Origin: Candidatus Undinarchaeales archaeon
GTDB taxonomy: Archaea > SpSt-1190 > JASMDC01
Direction of reading: 5' to 3'
Length of the DNA: 17,169 bases
Assembly (NCBI GenBank): GCA_030753015.1
Contig: JASMDC010000060.1
Span: 1 to 17,169 of the forward strand
Shown here: positions 1-8,100 of the stretch, piece by piece
Layout: each line of letters starts with the position of its first letter
Numbering within the stretch: the stretch's first letter is position 1
Made by a program: the position numbers and the translations under genes
The notes under the pieces: model-generated
Seen by the model: only the letters and a program-made list of their open reading frames with translations
Told to the model about the DNA's origin: nothing
Databases searched by the model: none

Positions 1-1
1 C

Positions 2-151
2 AAGGATTCGGGCGCCGAGCGGACCATCGAACAGTGGGGAGACATGGACTTCCCATCGGCCTTGGTGGCCAGGCTCGCTCTCAATCCATCCGTCGTGACA
101 TTCGCAGCACGAAGACTTGCTGATCTGCAGCGGAGACATCTCCTTTTTTAA
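2..151 (+). CDS. 3' end of an upstream gene (partial, ...KDSGAERTIEQWGDMDFPSALVARLALNPSVVTFAARRLADLQRRHLLF*)
   Basis: The frame is open from position 2 to TAA at 149-151 and gives a protein-like translation that ends 3 nt before the next ATG. It is too short to assign. Confidence 0.55.
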   Translation, partial: KDSGAERTIEQWGDMDFPSALVARLALNPSVVTFAARRLADLQRRHLLF

Positions 152-190
152 TCTATGGGCGTACCAATCATACCGGTGACAGGGGAAGGC
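141..190 (+). promoter_or_regulatory. Putative archaeal TATA-like element (TTTTTTAAT, 144-152) and GGTGA Shine-Dalgarno (175-179)
   Basis: It is an AT-rich island in GC-rich DNA. The spacing fits a start at ATG 191, but it overlaps the upstream stop codon and could instead be a T-tract terminator. Confidence 0.4.
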
Positions 191-943
191 ATGGACGAAC
201 ACCCACCTCTTATCCACGAGGTAAAGTCCTGCGTCGATGTCGAAGAGAAGAAGGAAGAAGAGGTCCAGCGTGCCAGCCCGTACCTAAGAAGCCCCTACAT
301 GTCCACTCCACGGGACAAGGCTGAGACGAGCATTCCCGGAGTGACAGCGGGCGAGCAGATCGAGGAGGCCAAGGAGGAGGAGGAAGAGGCGTTCAAGGAG
401 GTCCCCTCGCACATCAAACTTATCCGGGCCCTCTATTCCATTCTCAAAATCGTGTTCATCATCGGCATCGTGGTCGGTGCCGGTGTGTTCATCGTCAAGC
501 TCGCCGTGGAGCGGGCTTGGGAAAAGGACCAGGCTCAGCCCAAGGTGTTCTTCGAAGTCGGGTGTCGGGCCCATTATGGATGCGGTGATGAGATCCAGGA
601 AGCATGCGGACTTGACTACAATCCTTATTGTATCGAGATGGAGAACACCGGGGACACCTTCATGCCCCCTACACATTTCAGTGAGCTCACTATCTATTTC
701 AGCACCGCAGACGAATCCTTCACCTACGAGTCTGACCGTATTCGGATGATCAACAAGGACGGCATCTGCACCACGATCGATATGTGCGACAACTGCCCCA
801 GTCTCAAGGAAAAGGGCGGGAGCGTCAAACTCATCCTCCCCCCCGACACCGGAGACATACTCGCCTACTCACATCTCACCTTCACCATCTCGGGTGCGAA
901 CACGGAGTCGGTAAAGAAATGCGAGAAAGCTCCTATCGGGTAG
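155..943 (+). CDS. Single-pass (type II-like) membrane protein with an acidic N-terminal region and a Cys-containing C-terminal ectodomain. The true start may be ATG 191.
   Basis: The N-terminus is Glu-rich (EEKKEEEV, EEAKEEEEEAFKE). There is one hydrophobic helix, LYSILKIVFIIGIVVGAGVFIVKLAV (~431-508), followed by a ~145 aa domain with 8 Cys. Confidence 0.85.
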   Translation: MGVPIIPVTGEGMDEHPPLIHEVKSCVDVEEKKEEEVQRASPYLRSPYMSTPRDKAETSIPGVTAGEQIEEAKEEEEEAFKEVPSHIKLIRALYSILKIVFIIGIVVGAGVFIVKLAVERAWEKDQAQPKVFFEVGCRAHYGCGDEIQEACGLDYNPYCIEMENTGDTFMPPTHFSELTIYFSTADESFTYESDRIRMINKDGICTTIDMCDNCPSLKEKGGSVKLILPPDTGDILAYSHLTFTISGANTESVKKCEKAPIG

Positions 944-962
944 TTGCGGTAGGGGCGTGGAC

Positions 963-980
963 GCAAGGGTTATCAATGAT
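963..980 (+). promoter_or_regulatory. Putative degenerate BRE/TATA (GCAAGGGTTATCAATGAT) for a near-leaderless transcript starting near ATG 999
   Basis: This AT-rich element lies about 25 nt upstream of the ATG that begins the signal peptide. Confidence 0.4.
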
Positions 981-998
981 TGTGACATAATCTCGTCT

Positions 999-3900
999 AT
1001 GAGGCCCGCCAGGAGACTGGGTGTCATCCTGGTAGTGGCCGCGCTCCTCTTCCACGGCGCCTTTGCCGCCACCTGCGGTCCCCAATCATCCTATTGCGAC
1101 GACAACGGCTACTGCCGCACCGGTGTCTACGTTACGGTTTACAACGCTGATGACGACGAGTACTTCTGCGAGCAATGCAAGCACCAGATCTGGAAGGAGG
1201 ATGCGGACACGGGATCCGGAGAGTGCTGCGGGGACGACGGTCTGGACGATGACTGGTGCGGCAAGTACGGGTACTGCTTCGACGGTGTCTGGAAGGACGT
1301 GTACGGCGAGGACGACTCGCCCTTCCATTGCCAATCGTGCAATGGAGGTACGTGGCATGAGTCGGGGTACTGCTGCGGAGACACTCCGGACGAGTCCTGG
1401 TGCAGGGACGACGGGTACTGTTTCGAGGGCCAGTGGATGACCGTAACGGATCCGAACACCAACGAACACTACTGTACCAATTGTGTGGACATCGACCAGG
1501 ATGGTGTCGCCGACGGAGCCTGGAAGATCGACCTTGACTCAGGTCAGCCCACCTGCTGCGGGGACGAAATTCTCGAGAACTGGCCTGGTCAGGGCGGCGT
1601 CTGCAACCTGGGTGAGTGGCTCTCGGGAGATTGCATCGACGTTAACGACTGCATCGACGAGCCCTGGCTCACCTGCACATCGAACCAGAAGGAATGTACC
1701 AACCATCATTGTCGGTACAACAAGGACTGCTCCTTTTGCTCAGATGCGGACTGGTGCACGTTCTGCGCCGCCGATGATCCCGACCTCACCGAGCGAAGTT
1801 GTACGTGCGCCGGCTACGTCTGGCACGACATTACGTGCTGCGGCGACGATAGCGGCGAGCATTACTTCGAGGATAAACGGTTGTGCTGCCAGGATCCGGA
1901 CTCGTGCACGTCAGGCAACGAATGCTACACTGAGGGAACCATGAAGCTCTTCTTCATCACCAAGGTCTGTGTAGGTGGTGTCTGGGTGAAGGTGGACGTG
2001 CTCCCCGGATCGTTCTACTCAGGAGCGCTCTCGGTCAGCCTCCCTGTCTGGATCGTGGGCACCTCTGCGCGCTGCACTACCGACGACACCGCCCCATGCC
2101 GCGGGATATCCGGCTCCCATAACGTCGTGCTCGGCGAAGATGACGAGGACATCTACATGCGCATCGAGAACTGGGATTTCACCACGGCACTGGACCTATC
2201 CACGCTGGAGTTCACATATGATCCCGAGGGCTACTCGGTCTATTTCCGTAACGGGCTGTCGGTCCCCGTGAGCTTCAGGATGAAACGACGCGATGGCGGT
2301 GTGCTCGAGCGGTGGGACGTGAGCACGTCGTCCTGGCGGGCCCTCGCCGACCATGATGGACTGGAGGTGACCGAGCGGGAGGACGGCTCCTACATCATCA
2401 GGGACACGAAGAGCACTACCGCGTCCATCCGTGATCCTGAGGGTACCTGCGGGGACGATGTGTGCGATGTGAACTTGGGCGACTGCGACAATGGCTGTGC
2501 TGAATGCAACGTGGCATCCTGCGCCGCTGACATCGACTGCAACCTCGAAGTTGGTGAGCGGTGCGATAACGCGCCGTCCCAGTGCACGTGCCCTGACGGG
2601 TACTCCTGCGATCCCGAACAACTCGTGTCCGACGAGAGGGGATGCTACACGGCATCGTGCGGGAACGGCGTGTGCGATCCTGGCGAGTGCAATCTCCCCT
2701 GCCCGGACTGCGATCGGAGGGAATGCGTGGACGACTTCTGCTCGGTCTACCTTGAGGAGAACTGTACAATCGCGCCAGAATGCGGGTGCGACGATAGCGC
2801 CCTATGCGACACGGGCGACGCTCGCTCGGACGCAAAGGGATGCTTCATCCCCAAGTGCGAGGACAGTGTATGCGACCTGGTACATATTGACCTGGCCAAG
2901 AATGTGACAGTCGACCTCCTCCCCCTTCGGGAGTGCGACCGCGCCTGTCTGGGTTGCGACCTCGTCACCTGTGCTAACGACACACGATGCAACATCGGTA
3001 TAGGCGAGAACTGTACGAACTCCAAGATACACTGCGCTTGCCCCATCGATCAGGTCTGCGATCCGCTCAACGCGCTCGCTGACGAGAAGGGATGCTACTC
3101 AAAAGGGTGCGGTGACGGGACATGCGATCCCGGGGAATGCGATATTGCCTGCGTGGACTGCAACACCACAGTGTGCGCCCTGGATCTCAAGTGCAACACA
3201 GCGTTCAACGAGACCTGCGCCTCTCTGCCCACCCAATGTCCGTGTCTGGAGGGCTGGAAGTGCAACATCGCCCACCCGCTCGCCGATGAAAGAGGGTGCC
3301 ACGATCCGAAGTGCGGTGACGGACAATGCGATCCTGGGGAGTGCGCCTCCAACTGCGCGGACTGCAGTCTTGCGGTGTGCACTGGTGACCTCCTGTGCAC
3401 GTTCACTGGAGAGGACTGCAAATCAAGCCCCTTGGATTGCCAATGCGATGCCGCCAAGATATGTGCGCCCGACGATCCGCGGTCCGATGAGATGGGATGC
3501 TACTCCACCTCCTGCGGGGACACGCTCTGCGAGGGGAGCGAGGACTGCTCCTCGTGCACGAAGGACTGTGGGGAATGCCTCTCCCTCCTCACGCCCGTGG
3601 TCGATGCATCAGTCCCACCGGGCAAGACAGCACGGGCTGCGGTCTCGGTGTTCAATCAGGCCAAGGACGCTCTTACCATCTCCCTCTCGCACGACGCTCC
3701 CGCTGAACTGACCTACCCACGGATGCTCCGAGTGGAGGCGGGACAGACCCGCGCTATCGACGTCCACGTCAAGCTCGATGAGAACGCCCGTGGTGCCTTC
3801 AACGGCACCCTTACCATCACCGCCGGGGAGGAGTCCCATACCGCGATCATCCAGGTCACCGTCAAGGGGACGACCACGGTGTACCTCGGCCAGGAGCAGT

Positions 3901-5057
3901 TCAGTCTCACTGCGTCCCCGGGTGGGAAGGCGAACTTCACCTTGCAGGTGGTCAATGCAGCACCGGAGCTCAGACGTGTCGAGCTCACCATCGGCGGTTC
4001 GATCGGACCGTGGCTCTCCCTCGCCGAGACCTCCCTTACCATCCCCACCGAAACTTCCAAGGATGTGATGGTCACTGTGGACGTGCCTTCGGGCACCGAG
4101 ACCGGAAGCCTCAGCGGCACCATCACGTCAACGAGCGGTGAGGAGGAGAGCGTGGCGAAGCTCTCCCTGTTCGTTCTGGAGCGAAAGGCATCCTGTGGTG
4201 ACGGTACCTGCCAACAGGAGGAGGACTGTAAGGAATGCCCGAAGGACTGCGAGTGCGACAATCGGCTCCGGCTCAGCTTGCCGGCCGGAAAGATCATCAT
4301 CGCAGCGGGGATCCCCCAGAGCATCAACGTGGAGGTGCGTAACACAGGTGAGGGTAACCTTACTGATGTCGTCCTCGAGGTCACCATCAAGAAGGGTTCT
4401 GTCAATGTCACTCCCTCCAAGGTGGACATCCCTAACGCTGATGGGGCCATGTTCAACCTCACGCTCATGGTCTCGGAAGAGGGCTCGTATGACCTCCTCG
4501 TCAAGGCCACCTGCACCGAGGGTGCACGGAACGCCAAGCGGCTCGCCATCGAGGTCTCACCGGCACCGCCCGAAGTCATTGAACCCAAGGACGACCTCGA
4601 GGACGACCTCGAGCAGAGCGAGCTGAAGCTGAGGGAGGCCGAGGACAGGATGACCGCGCTCGTCGAGAAGGGCACGGAAGAGGAAGCGCTGGCAGAGCTC
4701 GAGAAGCTTGTCACCGAGGCACGGACAAACGTGGAGATGGCCCAAGAGCTCGCCTCCGATGGTAAGCGTGAGGAGGCGGCACGGCTCGTAGCAGAAGCCG
4801 AGAGCTCCCTGGAGACCTATAGGAGCAAGGCACGGAAGCTGGAACGCGGCTCGGACGTGGAAGATGTACCATCATCCGGATCGAGGATCTCAGGTGTGTT
4901 CAAGGCGTTGCTAGGACTGCTCATCCTGGGTATCGGTGCGTTCGCGATCTCCCTTCGAAAGAAGCCGCCGGCCAGTCCGCCCCAACAGGTCTACGCTGGA
5001 TACCAGGCAGCCCCCATGATGCAACAGGGCGGGTATTACGGCGGCAGGTACATGTAG
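999..5057 (+). CDS. Large Cys-rich type I membrane surface glycoprotein (adhesin/receptor-like), 1352 aa from ATG 999
   Basis: The domain order is: signal peptide MRPARRLGVILVVAALLFHGAFA|ATC; CCGD repeats (1107-~1900); five 12-Cys repeats (2448-3512); two short CGDxxCxxxEDCxxCxKDC modules (3513, 4194); three Ig/CARDB/NEW3-like domains (PGKTARAAVSVFN, PGGKANFTLQVVN, AGIPQSINVEVRNTG); an acidic helical stalk (~4590-4845); a TM helix (4887-4955) followed by RKK; and a P/Q/G/Y tail. It has many N-x-T sequons (NCT, NVT, NDT, NTT, NET, NGT, NFT, NLT). Confidence 0.93.
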   Translation: MRPARRLGVILVVAALLFHGAFAATCGPQSSYCDDNGYCRTGVYVTVYNADDDEYFCEQCKHQIWKEDADTGSGECCGDDGLDDDWCGKYGYCFDGVWKDVYGEDDSPFHCQSCNGGTWHESGYCCGDTPDESWCRDDGYCFEGQWMTVTDPNTNEHYCTNCVDIDQDGVADGAWKIDLDSGQPTCCGDEILENWPGQGGVCNLGEWLSGDCIDVNDCIDEPWLTCTSNQKECTNHHCRYNKDCSFCSDADWCTFCAADDPDLTERSCTCAGYVWHDITCCGDDSGEHYFEDKRLCCQDPDSCTSGNECYTEGTMKLFFITKVCVGGVWVKVDVLPGSFYSGALSVSLPVWIVGTSARCTTDDTAPCRGISGSHNVVLGEDDEDIYMRIENWDFTTALDLSTLEFTYDPEGYSVYFRNGLSVPVSFRMKRRDGGVLERWDVSTSSWRALADHDGLEVTEREDGSYIIRDTKSTTASIRDPEGTCGDDVCDVNLGDCDNGCAECNVASCAADIDCNLEVGERCDNAPSQCTCPDGYSCDPEQLVSDERGCYTASCGNGVCDPGECNLPCPDCDRRECVDDFCSVYLEENCTIAPECGCDDSALCDTGDARSDAKGCFIPKCEDSVCDLVHIDLAKNVTVDLLPLRECDRACLGCDLVTCANDTRCNIGIGENCTNSKIHCACPIDQVCDPLNALADEKGCYSKGCGDGTCDPGECDIACVDCNTTVCALDLKCNTAFNETCASLPTQCPCLEGWKCNIAHPLADERGCHDPKCGDGQCDPGECASNCADCSLAVCTGDLLCTFTGEDCKSSPLDCQCDAAKICAPDDPRSDEMGCYSTSCGDTLCEGSEDCSSCTKDCGECLSLLTPVVDASVPPGKTARAAVSVFNQAKDALTISLSHDAPAELTYPRMLRVEAGQTRAIDVHVKLDENARGAFNGTLTITAGEESHTAIIQVTVKGTTTVYLGQEQFSLTASPGGKANFTLQVVNAAPELRRVELTIGGSIGPWLSLAETSLTIPTETSKDVMVTVDVPSGTETGSLSGTITSTSGEEESVAKLSLFVLERKASCGDGTCQQEEDCKECPKDCECDNRLRLSLPAGKIIIAAGIPQSINVEVRNTGEGNLTDVVLEVTIKKGSVNVTPSKVDIPNADGAMFNLTLMVSEEGSYDLLVKATCTEGARNAKRLAIEVSPAPPEVIEPKDDLEDDLEQSELKLREAEDRMTALVEKGTEEEALAELEKLVTEARTNVEMAQELASDGKREEAARLVAEAESSLETYRSKARKLERGSDVEDVPSSGSRISGVFKALLGLLILGIGAFAISLRKKPPASPPQQVYAGYQAAPMMQQGGYYGGRYM
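1107..1900 (+). repeat. Protein-level repeat type A: GYCxxGxW...CxxC...W...CCGD(D/T/E)...W
   Basis: CCGD motifs begin at 1224, 1371, 1554 and 1836. GYCRTGVY, GYCFDGVW, GYCFEGQW and GVCNLGEW recur. Confidence 0.8.
2448..3578 (+). repeat. Protein-level repeat type B: five tandem 12-Cys modules of 66-84 aa plus one short module
   Basis: Units start at 2448, 2658, 2856, 3108 and 3312, with a short unit at 3513. Each full unit begins CGDGxCD-like and ends (S/A)D(E/A)(R/K/M)GC. Confidence 0.92.
4590..4613 (+). repeat. Perfect 12-bp tandem duplication (GACGACCTCGAG x2) encoding DDLEDDLE
   Basis: It is read directly from the sequence and is in frame at the start of the helical stalk. Confidence 0.85.
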
Positions 5058-5065
5058 GGCCGCCA

Positions 5066-5082
5066 GCAAACATTATTTATAC
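5066..5082 (+). promoter_or_regulatory. Putative archaeal TATA box (TTTATA, 5076-5081) for the giant gene
   Basis: CAAACATTATTTATAC lies in a 55-nt intergenic gap, about 32 nt upstream of ATG 5113. Confidence 0.7.
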
Positions 5083-5112
5083 TTCGACCGCGAACCGTGT
5101 GCCGAGCTAGTT

Positions 5113-8100
5113 ATGGGACTGGAACGCGTAAGGACCAGGATCGCATTGACCCTTTTCTTTGTCCTGACAGCGTTATCCACGGGCCTGCCCTTCCTCCCCG
5201 GTCTCGCAGGCCCTGCGGGAGCTCCTCTCGTACCCGCTCTCCCGGGTATGCCTGGTTTCATGGATTTCATGGGACCGTTCCTCCCGCCCTACGTCGAGAT
5301 GGCGTGCCTCGGTGAGTATTACACTGAGTGCCAGGACATCTGGAACTGCGTCGAGGCCTTGCACGAGAGCGATCCCGACGTCAATCTCTGGCTCACAGCT
5401 ACTATCGGCTTCAAGCAGGATATGCGCCTCGTGATCCCGGACGAGCTCCCCCTTACGACCGAGCAGGCCGCTTACGCGATGTTCGGGCTCGTCGTCCCCA
5501 ATCCCATCCCGGTCTCACGCACATCGGTCGATGACATGGCCAGATACTATGTTCTCACCCGATGTAACGCGGTGAAGGCTATACGCGATCCCTTCTGCGC
5601 ACAGTTCAGGGATAGGTTCGGTGAGCGGTCCTCACTGGTCGTTCCCTCTTGCCTGATGCCTCTCCAGTTCAACGATGCCCCAACTGGATTGCGCCCCTGT
5701 GATACCTATGTCAGCAGGGAGGGGACGACCCTCTGCGACTGCATGGCGGCCGCGGGTGGTGATAAGAGCATGTGCACCGGGTTCAAGAGCCTCTGCTCCT
5801 ACGCCGTCGTGAAACAGAACGCGCTCACCGATCCGGGGCTGGCCTCAGCGGCGGACACGGCGGCAGAGGCTGTGGCCGCTGGGGATGATCTTGCGTTCTG
5901 TCGCGACAATCCACTGTGCGCCCGCTCTTGGCCGGACACATCGGCCGTGGACGAGGGCGACCTGGCCACATGGGCCGGCAGGACATGCGCTCGCGAGCTG
6001 AATTACTTCGCGCTCAAGACACTCACCCTCACCCCGACGGGTGCAGAGCACGAGGACCTGACCGCGCGACTTTTCGGCCCGTGCACAGGCGATAAGAAGC
6101 AGGACTGTCTGGCCAACCGGACATGGCTATCCGGTGACTTCCTGCTCCAGTCCTTCACCTCCAACCTCTACGCTCTTAGCAGGAGCCCCTTGGTCAAGTG
6201 CCGTGAGCCGGCACTGCGTATGATCGATACGCAGAACTGTGGTGCGTGCTGGTCGGAGACCCTCTCCTGTTACGAGAACGTACTGGGTAAACAAGTCCCC
6301 CGCAGCCGCGAGGAGCAGCTCACGTCCGGGCTGGTCGACGGGCTCCTACGCCAGCGTTTCGGCACTCTCCACACGTTCCTGGACATGGGGACGGCGGCAG
6401 GTGAACTGGGAATGAGCCTGGCAGGGTGGGGCGATCCCATCTCTGCTGCTGACTTCTCCTCACGTGTTTTCTATGGCGCGTTCTGCATCTCGCTCTGTCG
6501 AATGAAGGGATCTTCGGCCACCGGTGACGCGGCGTCAGGTGACGCGTCAGCAGACTGGATGCGCGCCTGGGGCAACGACGACGAAGTGGCGGGCCTCATG
6601 GTCGGCCACAGTTCGTACAACGCTCGCAGCGGCGAGGCGGCCGAGGTGTACCTCAACCTCATGTTCGGACCTGAGTTCGCTTCCTTAAAGAACGGGTACT
6701 GGCTCCTCGATCCAAAGAAAGTGGCCCAGTGTCCCGCCTACCTGCGGGCCCAGATGGCGCTCCCCCAACCTTCTGCTGATGGACTTTCGGGACAGACGTC
6801 AGCGGGTAACTACCCCTGGCGTGTTGTCATCTCTCGCACCGCCTGGGTGGCCTGCCCCCACAACCTGAAGCTGCCAGCCACAGGCTCGTCCGACGAGTAC
6901 TTCATTTACGACGCCAAGGACCGCCTCTGTAAGACAGGGGTGTTCAAGGACCGGACCGACCGGTGCTACTTCTCGGGCAAGAAACCGACAGGGACGGCGT
7001 GGCGGAAGGGAGGGCTGTTGGATGGCGCCATCGGTCTCGTTTCGGGGACCCTCTTCGATTCGTACGACGAGAGCGCGTTCAAGCCCCGCATCCTCCAGCC
7101 TATCACGGTCAATCCTGGCGATGTACGCGAGCACGTGTTCGGCGTGGTCCTCAACTGTACTGGCCCCATGGACGAGCCGGTGGTCGCCACCTACGCCGGT
7201 GCACCGAAGGTGAAGTGGGTCTACGACGTCTCCAACGATGCGTTCCGTCCCCGCCATGTGTGGCAGTTGTGCAAGGGTGACTCGTGCGAGGAGACCCGGT
7301 ACGTGCACGACCTGCGTGAGATCCCCACGCTCATGGACGAGGAGGAGTACACCCTCCCGCGCCGCATGGGACTGCTCTACGACTGCGCGCGCTGGTTCGA
7401 CAAGGAACGGGGAGTGTGCCTACGTGTCGAGCACTACGGTGTCGACGAGCTTGTCAAGCCACAGGTCACGACCCACCTCGAGCTCCGCGGGTGCGATCGG
7501 TCGGGGATCCGCTGCGACCAGAGCGAGGAGCAGCGCCTGGAGCACGTACCGTTGCTGATGTTCGGTACCGTGGCGGGAAGGCACTATCCCTTCGTCCGTC
7601 CGCTCGAGGCCAAGGAGCAGCCCCTGGAACGGGGTCCGCTCACCCATGTGTTCGATCCCGAGATGATGCTGGACATGGTGTACGACAAGGAGGACTTCCC
7701 GTTCTACCGCAGCACGGGCGGGGACCAAGAGTGCATCAACCTCTACACCGGTGGGTACAACCGGGAGGGGACTGGGAAGCTGGCCGGTCACCTGCTCGGG
7801 CTGGCCTCAGATCCCACAAATCCTTTCGGTCTAGCCGGGATGCTGACCTCGACACTTGATCCGTCCTCATCGGACCTGTCCGGATATTTTGCCCGGAGCG
7901 ATGTCCCCGCTGGTGACCTCCTCCGTTCCGTGGCCGATAACCTCCAGGACTCCATGTCGACGGTCATGCGCATGCAGGGAACCCTGAACCTGTTGGGTCC
8001 ACAGTCCGCTACGTTCGGCGAGAACCTCTCCGCGGAGGGCCGGGAGATGGCCTCGTCCCTGGGCGGAGCGCGCGCCCATAATGAGATGGTCGACGAGGGA

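Noticed and set aside
939-948. Identical GGTAGTTGCG around the stop codons at 939-948 and 14453-14462, as a target-site duplication or terminator motif
   Set aside because: It is only 10 bp and includes the stop codon. No integrase or transposase is present, so chance cannot be excluded.
957-998. ORF-track starts at 957, 16075 and 17167
   Set aside because: The extensions overlap promoter-like or intergenic sequence. The downstream ATGs (999, 16039, 17041) give better signal/anchor N-termini or SD spacing.
1068-3578. Cys clusters as multiheme cytochrome or Fe-S/Zn-binding motifs
   Set aside because: There is no series of CxxCH heme motifs. The protein is exported and the type B modules have an even Cys count, which fits disulfides better.
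3713-4714. Long alternative-frame or antisense ORFs (for example 3713-4714 -, 12220-13254 -, 12636-13415 -, 15049-15921 +, 16485-17108 +)
   Set aside because: They are shadow ORFs expected in GC-rich coding DNA. They lie within better-supported genes and have S/R/P-biased, motif-free translations.
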